From Cyanobacteriota bacterium (GTDB lineage: Bacteria > Cyanobacteriota > Cyanobacteriia > Elainellales > Elainellaceae): a stretch of DNA of 64,000 nt. Below are positions 10,349-20,335 of this stretch, piece by piece. Each line of letters opens with the position of its first letter. Position 1 is the stretch's first letter. The position numbers were made by a program, and so were the translations under genes. Location: contig JBDNCP010000002.1 in NCBI GenBank assembly GCA_046719575.1, positions 2,689 through 66,688 on the forward strand, written 5' to 3'. A model generated the notes under the pieces. The model was not told the origin of the DNA. It saw only the letters and a program-made list of their open reading frames with translations, and did no database searches.

Positions 10349-12145
10349 ATGCTGCAATACTTCAAGAAGATCTGGTTTATTTTAGGAAGTTCAAGGAAGC
10401 AGATCCCGCTGCTGTTTCTGGTTTTCACCGTTTCTTCACTCGCTGAAACTCTAGGAATCGGGATGCTTGGACCATTTTTTGCCATTGTCTCAGATCCACA
10501 AATTATTGAGCGAAATCCTATCTTGTTAGAAATATTTGGTGCTTTGAAAATCTCATCAACCAGAGGTATGATCATTTTCCTCTGCTTTTTTATAGCTATT
10601 TCTTTTATTCTAAAATCAGCACTCTACTTCTTTTCAAAGTTATACATTCTTAGGTTTAGTCATGCTCACAGAGCCAACATGATTCAAACTTTGAATCATG
10701 CCTATCTGAATAGTGATTACAGTTACTTCATTGCCAAAAACTCTTCAAGCTTAATTAAGAACATCACACTCGAAACGCAAGATTTCTGCTATAAGATTTT
10801 GCTTTCTTTGCTATATGGCATCTCAAACCTATTCATCCTAGTTTTCCTATTTGCCTTAATGGCGGCAACAGACTTGATGCTTTTAGTCGCAACCCTCTCT
10901 GCGCTGCTGCCTGTGGTATCGCTAATTTATTTCATGCGACATCGGCTAAAGCGCTGGGGGCGAAAGAGTTCAGAAGCGTTGCAAGGTATCATCAAGACGC
11001 TCAATCACGGGTTAGGTGGATTCAAAGAAACTCGCGTTATCGGATGTGCGCCCTACTTCGAAGCACAGATGGCTATTAATGCCAAACAATATGCTCAGGC
11101 AGCCTCCTTCGCCGCCAGTTTCGATATGTTGCCTCGAATTTTGATTGAAACGGTTTTAGTGGTATTTATCGTATCCTTTATCGCAATCTCACAGCTTTTT
11201 CTATCGCGTGGCACAGACTTGCTAATTTCTAGTCTCAGCGTGTTTGCAGTTGCCTCAATCCGGCTTCTACCTGCTGCTAGCCAGCTTATGTCTACCATTG
11301 GAAATCTGCAAAGCACTCGCCATGTTCCAGATATTTTATATGCTGACCTAAAGGAGATCGAACAGCGATTTCCTAATTCCAGCATTAGTACTCCAGATCT
11401 TAATGAAGATCTTAAGGAAGGATCTTTGAAGTATAAGGCTGTGATGAACTTTGAGCAGCAGATTCGGTTATCGAATGTAGTCTATCGCTACCCAAACTCT
11501 TTAGATCCGGCGATCGACGATGTGTCGTTGGAGATTCTTAAAGGAGAATCAATTGCGTTTATCGGAAAGTCTGGAGCAGGCAAAACGACACTAGTGGATA
11601 TTGTCTTAGGTTTGCTCACGCCTCAAAGTGGGGATATTACGGTAGATGGCATCTCGATCTACAAGGATCAGCGCGCCTGGCAAAATCTTGTAGGCTATAT
11701 TCCCCAATCCATTTTCCTGCTCGACGATACGGTGGAGCGCAATATTGCCTTTGGGGTTCCGGATCATCTGGTTGATCACGGTAAGTTAGAACAGGCGATT
11801 GCCGCTGCCCAGCTCGAAGAACTGGTTGTTCAACTCCCGAACGGTATCCATACGCGCATTGGAGAACGCGGCGTGATGCTCTCTGGCGGACAGCGACAGC
11901 GAATCGGCATTGCCAGAGCGCTTTACCATGAGCGAGAAGTGCTGGTGCTAGACGAAGCTACTTCCGCTTTAGATAACGAAACTGAAAAGAGAGTAAGTGA
12001 TGCAATTCGGACGTTATCAGGTAAGAAAACAGTGATCATTATTGCCCATCGTTTATCGACAGTAGAACATTGTGATCGAATTTACTTATTGAAGGATGGA
12101 AGAGTTTCAAAATCAGGAAAATATGAGGAAGTTGTTGCCTTTTAA
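10349..12145 (+). CDS. ABC exporter, fused permease and ATPase (MsbA/HepA/PglK-like, glycan export)
   Basis: N-terminal TM domain, [35 protein letters not shown]; first gene of the glycosyltransferase run. Confidence 0.93.
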   Translation: MLQYFKKIWFILGSSRKQIPLLFLVFTVSSLAETLGIGMLGPFFAIVSDPQIIERNPILLEIFGALKISSTRGMIIFLCFFIAISFILKSALYFFSKLYILRFSHAHRANMIQTLNHAYLNSDYSYFIAKNSSSLIKNITLETQDFCYKILLSLLYGISNLFILVFLFALMAATDLMLLVATLSALLPVVSLIYFMRHRLKRWGRKSSEALQGIIKTLNHGLGGFKETRVIGCAPYFEAQMAINAKQYAQAASFAASFDMLPRILIETVLVVFIVSFIAISQLFLSRGTDLLISSLSVFAVASIRLLPAASQLMSTIGNLQSTRHVPDILYADLKEIEQRFPNSSISTPDLNEDLKEGSLKYKAVMNFEQQIRLSNVVYRYPNSLDPAIDDVSLEILKGESIAFIGKSGAGKTTLVDIVLGLLTPQSGDITVDGISIYKDQRAWQNLVGYIPQSIFLLDDTVERNIAFGVPDHLVDHGKLEQAIAAAQLEELVVQLPNGIHTRIGERGVMLSGGQRQRIGIARALYHEREVLVLDEATSALDNETEKRVSDAIRTLSGKKTVIIIAHRLSTVEHCDRIYLLKDGRVSKSGKYEEVVAF

Positions 12146-12200
12146 GCATTGCAAAATTAACTTACCTGCTTGGAGATCGTAAACCTGAGATGACGGAGTT

Positions 12201-13373
12201 ATGAAGAAGTTAAGCAGCAACTCAAGTCAGTCCCTTGTTTTCTACAGCGCTGTGACTCAGTTTGATAATCTTGGCGATCTTTTAATTAATAGGATCTTGA
12301 TAGCAGAGTTGAGAAAATATGCACGTCTTGTGGTCAATGTTAATGGTGTTCCAGAATGGTACAAAGAAGAACTTGGCTTATTGCCGGGAGAAATAGTTGA
12401 GGAATCTAGAATAAAATTTCGAACACGCATTATTTTGGCGGGTATCAAGAGGCTGTCCGGCCTCAAGAAAAATACCTTTGCTATTATCAATCCTGGGCAT
12501 AGCTATGGCGACATGAAAATGCTAGGGGGAAGTTTCTTTAGGATTTTGATAAACTCGACCCTGATTTACTTATCTGGAGTTAGACGTTGTCGTTTTGGCT
12601 GTTCTATCGGGCCATTTTGGGGGGGTCGAGAGAGTTTAGAGAGATTGCAGGCTAAACTAATGTACTTTAACTCTGTGAGAGATAGCATATCAAAAAACTA
12701 TGCTGAAAGTATAGGGATTCAGAATACAGTATATTTCCCCGATTTGGCTTGGTTGATGGAAACAGAATATACACAAAAAAGACCATCGATCGAGTCTCGG
12801 GAATTTGTAATTTTTAGCTTTCGAGATTTAACCCCTGGTTTTTTGAATAAGCATCTGAACTCTCAGGAATATCAAAGAATATTGCTCTCCAAGCTAGATA
12901 AAATAGTGGATTATGTATCGATAAATTTATCAAAGAAAATTCTGATCTGTTATCAAGTCGATCGCGACAAGTCCATGTCGGATTTTTTATATGATCGGTA
13001 TAAAAACATATGCAAGATTGATTTCTTGGACTCCAGAGTGACTAGCAGAGATATGGAAAAAGTATATTCAAGTTCATGTCTTGTTTTTAGCAATAGATTG
13101 CATGTTCTGATGTTCTCTATGGCTTTTGGAGCCTTGCCTATTGCTGTCATTGATTCAGAAAAACACACTAAGATATCGGGAGTTTTTGCTGACTCTGGGA
13201 TGAAACCATTGCTACTAGATATCCATGATGAAGGTATATCTATAGAGAAAAAGCTAGATGATCTGGTTCAAAAGGAGATTCCGTTACTGAATATTAGGAT
13301 AGCTGAGTCTTATCGAAGAAATTCCATCATCGCTAGAGCTTTAGTTCAAAAGACCATCTTGGGATCAACTTAA
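12201..13373 (+). CDS. Polysaccharide pyruvyl transferase family protein
   Basis: N-terminal DNLGDLLIN, GCSIGPF and C-terminal SNRLHVLMFSMAFG motifs; AT-rich. Confidence 0.8.
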   Translation: MKKLSSNSSQSLVFYSAVTQFDNLGDLLINRILIAELRKYARLVVNVNGVPEWYKEELGLLPGEIVEESRIKFRTRIILAGIKRLSGLKKNTFAIINPGHSYGDMKMLGGSFFRILINSTLIYLSGVRRCRFGCSIGPFWGGRESLERLQAKLMYFNSVRDSISKNYAESIGIQNTVYFPDLAWLMETEYTQKRPSIESREFVIFSFRDLTPGFLNKHLNSQEYQRILLSKLDKIVDYVSINLSKKILICYQVDRDKSMSDFLYDRYKNICKIDFLDSRVTSRDMEKVYSSSCLVFSNRLHVLMFSMAFGALPIAVIDSEKHTKISGVFADSGMKPLLLDIHDEGISIEKKLDDLVQKEIPLLNIRIAESYRRNSIIARALVQKTILGST

Positions 13374-13428
13374 ATCATCTAAGCCTTGACTTACAGTAAT
13401 AGAAAACACTTCTGAGTCAATCGGGATT

Positions 13429-14355
13429 ATGAAAAAAGCTGTGGTACTTATTATATTTAACCGACCAGGTAAAACCTTGAAAGTGTTTGACAGGGTTTGT
13501 CAAGCTAAACCTGAAAAGCTTTTAGTAATTGCCGACGGTCCGAGGAGTAAGTTTCCTGATGATGTAGAGAAGTGTGCTGAAACACGAGCAATTATTGGTC
13601 GGGTTGACTGGGGTTGTGAAGTTCTCAAAAACTACTCTGATGATAATCTTGGCTGTGGAAAAAGGATTGCTTCTGGACTGGATTGGGTGTTTTCATTGGT
13701 TGATGAGGCAATTATTTTGGAGGATGATTGCCTGCCTCATCCAAGCTTCTTTCGATACTGTCAAGAGCTGCTTGACTACTATCGAGATGATGAAAGAGTT
13801 ATGTCTATCTGCGGCAAGAATGTCCAATTTGGTCGTGAGCGGACAGAGTTCAGCTATTACTTCTCTCGTTATAGCCATTGTTGGGGCTGGGCAACTTGGG
13901 CACGTGCCTGGAAGTTTTTTGACTATGATATGAAAACTTGGGAGGTTGCACAGTTAGAAAATTACTTAGTAGATATTCTCGATGACAATCGTGCTGTCGG
14001 GTACTGGACGCGAATCTTTCAGTCTACTTATGAGCGAAGATATCAGTCTGCTTCTTGGGCATATCGTTGGCTGTTATCTAGCTGGTTGCAGAGTGGTCTA
14101 AGTGTGTTGCCAAGTGTGAATCTGGTATCTAATATCGGCTTTGGCGAAGATGCAACGCATACCACTACAACGAGCGCTCAAAGTCAGTACGCTAATATGC
14201 AGACAAAAGCAATGCAGTTTCCTCTGAAGCATCCGCCTTATGTGATTCGCAATCGAAAAGCTGACCAGTTTGAACAGGATACTCTGTTTGATCCTAGTTT
14301 GATGACTCGTGCTAGAGCGAAGCTGTTACGAATGATTGGCAAAAGAATGATTTGA
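13429..14355 (+). CDS. GT-A fold glycosyltransferase (GT2-like)
   Basis: IIFNRP, IADGPR, NLGCGKRI, IILEDDCLP, HCWGWATW and NIGFG motifs. Confidence 0.88.
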   Translation: MKKAVVLIIFNRPGKTLKVFDRVCQAKPEKLLVIADGPRSKFPDDVEKCAETRAIIGRVDWGCEVLKNYSDDNLGCGKRIASGLDWVFSLVDEAIILEDDCLPHPSFFRYCQELLDYYRDDERVMSICGKNVQFGRERTEFSYYFSRYSHCWGWATWARAWKFFDYDMKTWEVAQLENYLVDILDDNRAVGYWTRIFQSTYERRYQSASWAYRWLLSSWLQSGLSVLPSVNLVSNIGFGEDATHTTTTSAQSQYANMQTKAMQFPLKHPPYVIRNRKADQFEQDTLFDPSLMTRARAKLLRMIGKRMI

Positions 14356-14449
14356 TTGAATGGATTCCTGGAATCATTTGATTTCTTGCTTTACTTAGGT
14401 TATTTAAGTTTTAGTCAAATTGTTTGCAGTCTATTCCTGGAAGTCCACC

Positions 14450-15376
14450 ATGTCACTTACGAAATTTTTAATTTCTCAGTCGCAAGAAATTAGACACTAC
14501 TACCAAGAGCATGGATACGTCATTGTTCGCGATGTTTTGAGTACGGAAAAGATTGATAGATTGCTAGAGCAGGTCGATCAAAAGAAGCGCGATCGCCTCT
14601 TTGTCTTCAATAGTCAGGATACTCACGTCCCCACACGTCCTCGCCTCACCGAAGCAGGCTTCATCGAAAACTCGATGCTGAATCCAGCAAACCTGAAACT
14701 AGCTCCTCGATTTTCAAAAATGGTAGAGCGCTGCTTGGTAGACGAAACTGTTGCAAAGATTTTGAGTTTACTATCAGGCGATACGCATCATGTGATGATG
14801 CAAAATATGTTTTTTGATAGGTCAACAGGCACAATTGAGCATCAAGATCACTACTATCTAGATGCTGATCCACCGGGTCGGATGATTGCCGCCTGGTATG
14901 CTCTGGAAGATATTCAAGAAGATGCGGGCTGTTTCTTTGTGTTGCCAGGTAGCCACAAGGGGCGTGTTATTGCCAGAGTGAATGGCCGAAGCTTTAGCGA
15001 TCACGAAACTTATCGCAAAGAGATCCTGGCGCTCATTAACAGCGCTGAATATCAATACAAATCCTTTCCCCTAGAAAAGGGCGATGTGCTGTTTTGGCAT
15101 CCATACACAGTTCATGGTGCATACAAAAACATTAACCCGCAGCATAGCCGCAAGTCTCTCACGGCTCATTTTTACCCAGCCCAACTTAAGCCGCTATATG
15201 CTGCCAAAGCACCCAAGCTTCACCCTTCGCTAAACCCGCATATTTTAATGACAGGAGGCGCGATCGCCCCCTACGTGGATAGCATCAAAATCTATCTGCG
15301 ATTTGTAACCAATGCAGTGCGCGGACGAGGGCCCGAAATGGTGATGCGCCGAGAAAACTATGAAGAGGCCATCTAA
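14450..15376 (+). CDS. Phytanoyl-CoA dioxygenase (PhyH) family Fe(II)/2-oxoglutarate oxygenase
   Basis: HQD (HxD) motif, AWYALED, VLPGSH and KGDVLFWHPYTVHG (distal His). Confidence 0.88.
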   Translation: MSLTKFLISQSQEIRHYYQEHGYVIVRDVLSTEKIDRLLEQVDQKKRDRLFVFNSQDTHVPTRPRLTEAGFIENSMLNPANLKLAPRFSKMVERCLVDETVAKILSLLSGDTHHVMMQNMFFDRSTGTIEHQDHYYLDADPPGRMIAAWYALEDIQEDAGCFFVLPGSHKGRVIARVNGRSFSDHETYRKEILALINSAEYQYKSFPLEKGDVLFWHPYTVHGAYKNINPQHSRKSLTAHFYPAQLKPLYAAKAPKLHPSLNPHILMTGGAIAPYVDSIKIYLRFVTNAVRGRGPEMVMRRENYEEAI

Positions 15377-15378
15377 GC

Positions 15379-16638
15379 ATGAAAATTCTCCACCTCAGCA
15401 CCTTTGACACAATTGGTGGAGCCGCGCGGGCCGCATACCGGGTGCATCAAGGGTTGCACGAAATCGGGGCAGATTCCTGGATGCTGGTGCAAAAAAGTGT
15501 GAGTGGCGATCGCACGGTATTAGCGCCGAAAACGTTCCTGGGACAAGTCGCAGGTCGCCTTCGTGCCGAAGTAGACAGTCTAGCGCTACGCCCCTATCCC
15601 CGTGTCAACAAGGCAGTCTTTGACATCCAGCGTGCGCCCAATCCTTTGCAGCACCGCATTCAGCAGATCAACCCAGATATTATTAACTTACACTGGGTTC
15701 TGAATAGCTACCTGCCAATTGAGGTTTTGCCGCGCTTCCAAAAGCCGATCGTCTGGACGCTGATGGATATGTGGCCCTTTACTGGAGGCTGCCACTACAC
15801 CCAGGAGTGCGAGCATTTTCAACAATCCTGCGGAACCTGTCCCCAACTAGGTAGCTCCAAATTCAATGATTTGTCTCATCGTATCTGGCAGCGCAAAGCC
15901 AAAGCGTGGAGCAATTTGAATCTGACTATAGTTGCTCCGACCCAATGGCTATCAGACTGCGCCCGCGCCAGCAGCCTATTCAAAGATTTGCGGATTGAGG
16001 TGATTCCCTTTTGCCTGGATACTCGGATTTACAAGCCGATTGACCGGCAGGCTGCCCGTGCTGCCCTCAACCTGCCGCTCGACAAAAAGCTCATCCTGTT
16101 TGGAGCAATCAGCGCGACTCAAGATCGGCGCAAAGGCTTCCATCTATTGCAGCCTGCACTACAGCAGCTTGCTCAGACTGAACTGCGTCAGCAGGCTGAA
16201 GTGGTGGTGTTTGGTTCCTCTAAGCCAGAGAGTCCGGTTGATTTGGGCTTCCCTGCTCATTATCTGGGGCATCTCAACGATGACGTTACATTGGCGTTGG
16301 CCTATTCTGCTGCGGATGTATTTGTCGCACCGTCGCTGCAAGAAGCCTTTGGACAGACTGCTTCTGAGGCGATGGCCTGCGGTACGCCAGTCGTCGCGTT
16401 TAAGGGGACAGGACTGGCAGACATTGTGGATCATCAGCATAATGGCTATCTGGCCAACCCGTTTGAGATTGAGGACTTGGCCCAGGGAATTCGCTGGATT
16501 TTGGGTCATACCGATTCGGAGCAATCGCTGCGACTTGCTGCCCGCCAAAAAGCTGAACAAGGCTTTGCACTAGAGTTACAAGCTCGTCGCTATCTGGATC
16601 TATATCAAGATTTACTGGCTCAAACGTCCCCTGCATAA
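15379..16638 (+). CDS. GT4 glycosyltransferase (WcaC-like)
   Basis: GGAARAA, DIINLHW, VWTLMDMW.FTGGCHY and EAFGQTASEAMACGTPVV motifs. Confidence 0.92.
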   Translation: MKILHLSTFDTIGGAARAAYRVHQGLHEIGADSWMLVQKSVSGDRTVLAPKTFLGQVAGRLRAEVDSLALRPYPRVNKAVFDIQRAPNPLQHRIQQINPDIINLHWVLNSYLPIEVLPRFQKPIVWTLMDMWPFTGGCHYTQECEHFQQSCGTCPQLGSSKFNDLSHRIWQRKAKAWSNLNLTIVAPTQWLSDCARASSLFKDLRIEVIPFCLDTRIYKPIDRQAARAALNLPLDKKLILFGAISATQDRRKGFHLLQPALQQLAQTELRQQAEVVVFGSSKPESPVDLGFPAHYLGHLNDDVTLALAYSAADVFVAPSLQEAFGQTASEAMACGTPVVAFKGTGLADIVDHQHNGYLANPFEIEDLAQGIRWILGHTDSEQSLRLAARQKAEQGFALELQARRYLDLYQDLLAQTSPA

Positions 16639-16649
16639 CGATACTTTCC

Positions 16650-17909
16650 ATGCAAACCCAATCCGCAGGCCCAGATTTCAGATTGGTCTGTTTTGACCTG
16701 TCGATCTATGGCCATCATCCGCACTATATTTTGCAACTGGGCAAGGGGTGGACAGCGCGATCGCCCTTGGGAAAGCTCTTTTTCGTGGTGTCACCCCGAT
16801 TCCTCACGGTTCATGCTGATGTGGTGCAGCAGTGCAGCCTGGATGCTTCGGTGCAGTTTGTGGCGATTACCGAAACTGAGCAGGTGGAGCTAAAGTCTCG
16901 CAGTTCTGGTATCGATCGCAATCTCCGCAACTTCCAGGAATGGCGCTTGTTTGCCAGATATGCTCAACTGCTGCAAGCTGACCATGCGCTGATGCTCTAT
17001 CTTGATACCTGCTTATTGCCAATGGCGGCTGGATTCTCTTTTCCCTGCCCCGTTTCAGGAATTTACTTTCGCCCTACATTCCACTACTACACCTTTAGCC
17101 CCCGCCCCCAAACCTGGGGCGATCGCCTGCAAGCCTGGCGCGATCGCCTGATTCTGGGTGCTGCGCTGCGACATCCCCAGTTTCGCACGCTGTTTTCCCT
17201 CGACCCGATTGCACCAGACCATATCACGCCGCCCGCCCATGTGAAGGTCTGTGCGCTGACCGATCCAGTCGATTTGTCTCAAAAGTCGGTCGGCTCTGGC
17301 GCAGAACTCCGCCAGCAGTTAGAAATTGAGGGCGATCGCACGGTATTTCTCCTGTTTGGCGCGCTGACATCCCGTAAAGGGATATATCCACTACTGGAAA
17401 GTTTGGAACTGCTGCCCGAAGAAACCTGCAAAAAAATTTGTCTGGTTTTATTGGGAGAAGCTAGTGCAAAAATGCAGCAATATATTGCAACTACTGCCGA
17501 ATCATTGCGCCAATGCAAATCGATTCAAATTTTAGAGCGTTATGAATTTGTGGAGGATGCTGTGCTGCATCAATACATCGAAATGGCAGATGTGGTGCTA
17601 GCGCTTTACCAAAAACACGTCGGTATGAGCGGTATTTTGATGCAAGCGGCGCTGCACAAAAAGCCTGTGTTGAGTTCCGATTATGGCTTGATGGGTGAAT
17701 TGGTGCGTCGCTATGAACTGGGACTGGCGATTGATTCTGAAAATCCAAGGGCGATCGCCACTAGTGTTGCTCGATACGTTTTGAAAGACCCGGCAATCAA
17801 CGTCAATCTTCAAAAGACACATGAACTAATAGCAAGTCATGCCTCGACAAAATTCTCCTCCTCGATCCTGAGTGAGTGCGTCAGCCAGGAGGTTTATGCA
17901 AAAGCCTAA
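16650..17909 (+). CDS. GT-B glycosyltransferase (GT4-like)
   Basis: GHH at the N-terminus, LLFGALTSRKG and SGIL..AA...KPVL motifs. Confidence 0.85.
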   Translation: MQTQSAGPDFRLVCFDLSIYGHHPHYILQLGKGWTARSPLGKLFFVVSPRFLTVHADVVQQCSLDASVQFVAITETEQVELKSRSSGIDRNLRNFQEWRLFARYAQLLQADHALMLYLDTCLLPMAAGFSFPCPVSGIYFRPTFHYYTFSPRPQTWGDRLQAWRDRLILGAALRHPQFRTLFSLDPIAPDHITPPAHVKVCALTDPVDLSQKSVGSGAELRQQLEIEGDRTVFLLFGALTSRKGIYPLLESLELLPEETCKKICLVLLGEASAKMQQYIATTAESLRQCKSIQILERYEFVEDAVLHQYIEMADVVLALYQKHVGMSGILMQAALHKKPVLSSDYGLMGELVRRYELGLAIDSENPRAIATSVARYVLKDPAINVNLQKTHELIASHASTKFSSSILSECVSQEVYAKA

Positions 17910-19074
17910 CTCCTCTAAAATTGCCTGGCTGTTGCCAACAGCCTGGTTTTATTGGCAGCCTGCTTTGAGTGAACTCACTCAACATTTTCCGCATACCAAG
18001 GTTTTTACAGGACTATTTCCAGGTTTTGCAAAAGGACTGGAAAATACTTTAGATATAGAGCTTGTCGGCAAGCAAAAAGTGGTGGCAGTTACGAAATCTG
18101 CTACCAGTTACGGCAATAATTTCACTTATCTTTCGCCCAAGATCTTGCCTCGGCTGTTTCAATATCGCCCTCAGGTCGTCTTCTCCAGTTCCTTTGGCAT
18201 CTGGACCCTGCTGGCGCTGCTGACCAAGTGGCTGGGCGGCTGGAAGGTTGTGATTGCCTACGAGGGCAGTTCGCCGGGGGTCGATTATCGAAACTCTCCG
18301 CTACGGCTGGGGCTGCGTCGGGCGATGGTATGGGTGGCTGATGCCTTTATTACCAACAGCCATGCTGGGCAAAAGTATTTGATTGACTGCCTGGGCGCTC
18401 CACCAGAACTGACGTTTGTGCAGCCTTACGAAGTGCCCGATTGCCGCTCTTTATCCGAAGTGAACGAAGCACTGGAATGGGTTGCGCCAGGGCAGCCGCT
18501 CCGCTTTTCAGACCTAAAGCGTCCGGTGTTCTTATTTGTGGGCAGTGTGGTGCCCCGCAAAGGGGTGGCGTGCCTGTTGGAGGCGTGCAAGCTATTAAAG
18601 AATGCGGGAAGTCGGGAATTTAGCGTGTTGCTGGTAGGCGATGGCCCACAGCGAGAAGATTTGCAGACCTTCACACAAAAGCATCAGTTAGAAAATTGCG
18701 TAATTTGGGTGGGGCGAGTGAGCTATGGCGACATGGGCTCCTATTTTCACCATGCGGATGTGTTTGTGCTGCCGACACTTGAAGACACCTGGGGCATGGT
18801 GGTGCTAGAAGCGATGCTGTTGGGTAAGGCTGTGTTGTGTTCCACAGGTGCAGGCGCGGCAGAACTGATGCTGGAGGGTGAAAATGGCTATCGCTTTCCT
18901 CCAGACAATCCACAAGTGTTGGCTGCCGCCATGCAGCGCCTGATTGAAAATCCCGATCAGCTTGCTGAGATGGGGCAGCGATCGCAGGACATCATGGCGC
19001 ACTACAGCCCTCAGAAGGCGGGAGAGTTTTTAAGTCGAGTTGCAGTTATGGTCATGGGAGGCGAATCAGCATGA
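17896..19074 (+). CDS. GT4 glycosyltransferase
   Basis: FVGSVVPRKG and EDTWGMVVLEAM (EX7E); AGGAGG RBS before 17896; overlaps the previous stop. Confidence 0.92.
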   Translation: MQKPNSSKIAWLLPTAWFYWQPALSELTQHFPHTKVFTGLFPGFAKGLENTLDIELVGKQKVVAVTKSATSYGNNFTYLSPKILPRLFQYRPQVVFSSSFGIWTLLALLTKWLGGWKVVIAYEGSSPGVDYRNSPLRLGLRRAMVWVADAFITNSHAGQKYLIDCLGAPPELTFVQPYEVPDCRSLSEVNEALEWVAPGQPLRFSDLKRPVFLFVGSVVPRKGVACLLEACKLLKNAGSREFSVLLVGDGPQREDLQTFTQKHQLENCVIWVGRVSYGDMGSYFHHADVFVLPTLEDTWGMVVLEAMLLGKAVLCSTGAGAAELMLEGENGYRFPPDNPQVLAAAMQRLIENPDQLAEMGQRSQDIMAHYSPQKAGEFLSRVAVMVMGGESA

Positions 19075-20300
19075 ACCAGCCTCTCTGCATTTTGCTGTCG
19101 GCCTATGCCTGTCGCCCCAACATGGGGTCGGAGCCCGGCGTAGGCTGGAATTTAGCGCGGGCGATCGCCCAGCATCACCCTGTCTGGGTACTCACTCGCG
19201 AAGACAACCGCCCGTTTATCGAAGCTGAACTTACTCAAAACCCATTTTCAAATCTTCAATTTATCTATTGTGATGTTCCCGGTGCAAAGTTTTGGAATCG
19301 CAGCACTAAAACTGTTCATTTACATCACTATCTCTGGCAGATCAGTGCTTATGCCACAGCAAGGCGCCTACTACCGCAAATGCGGTGGAATGTAATTCAC
19401 CACATTACATACGTTCGCTACTCTTCGCCCAGCTTCCTCAGTCTTTTGCCAGTGCCATTTGTCTGGGGCCCGGTTGGTGGTGGTGAAATGGCTCCCCCGG
19501 CTTTTTGGAAGGACTTTGACCTTCATGCGCGGATGTATGAAATGCTGCGCTGTCTGGCTCATCGAGTGGGAGAAGCAGACCCATTTACTCGCCTAACAGC
19601 GAGTCGCAGCGTTTTGGTGAGAGCGACTACAAAAGACACCGCTGAACGCCTTCAATTAATGGGCGCAAAGAATCTAGAGCTTTACTCAGAATCGGGACTT
19701 GCTCAAGAAGAAATTGCTACTCTTCGGGCAGTTTTGCCACCTACTTCTGATACCGTGCGGTTTATCAGTATGGCTCGACTGCTGCACTGGAAAGGTCTGC
19801 ATTTAGGCATTCGCGCTTTTGCCGAAACAAACTTATCCGACGCAGAATATTGGATTTTAGGCGAAGGACCAGAGCGCGATCGCCTGCAACAGCTTGCAGA
19901 AAATTTAGGTGTTGCAAAGCAGGTGAAGTTTTTGGGAAGGCTCTCGCGCCACGAAACACTAAATCGCCTCAGTGAAAGTCATGTTCTGCTGCATCCCAGT
20001 CTGCATGATTCTGGTGGTTGGGTCTGTCTAGAAGCAATGGCGTGTGGCCGCCCGGTCGTTTGCCTAGATTTGGGCGGGCCAGCCGTTCAAGTTACCGAAC
20101 AGACCGGATTCAAAATTACTGCCGAGTCACCGGGGCAAGTCGTCCAAGATTTGGCAAAGTCAATGGTGTTATTGGCTGAGGATGCAGAGCTGCGATCGCG
20201 TATGGGTCGAGCCGGGCAACAGCGAGTCCAAGAGTGTTTTTCCTGGGAGCAAAAAGTAAAGAGTTTGATACAGACCTATAAATCAGTCGCCAAGAATTAA
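19071..20300 (+). CDS. GT4 glycosyltransferase
   Basis: GSEPGVGW, RLLHWKG and HDSGGWVCLEAMACGRPVV; ATGA overlap with the previous gene. Confidence 0.92.
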   Translation: MNQPLCILLSAYACRPNMGSEPGVGWNLARAIAQHHPVWVLTREDNRPFIEAELTQNPFSNLQFIYCDVPGAKFWNRSTKTVHLHHYLWQISAYATARRLLPQMRWNVIHHITYVRYSSPSFLSLLPVPFVWGPVGGGEMAPPAFWKDFDLHARMYEMLRCLAHRVGEADPFTRLTASRSVLVRATTKDTAERLQLMGAKNLELYSESGLAQEEIATLRAVLPPTSDTVRFISMARLLHWKGLHLGIRAFAETNLSDAEYWILGEGPERDRLQQLAENLGVAKQVKFLGRLSRHETLNRLSESHVLLHPSLHDSGGWVCLEAMACGRPVVCLDLGGPAVQVTEQTGFKITAESPGQVVQDLAKSMVLLAEDAELRSRMGRAGQQRVQECFSWEQKVKSLIQTYKSVAKN

Positions 20301-20335
20301 TAGAAACCTTCTATCTCTTCAAAAGACAAAAAGTT

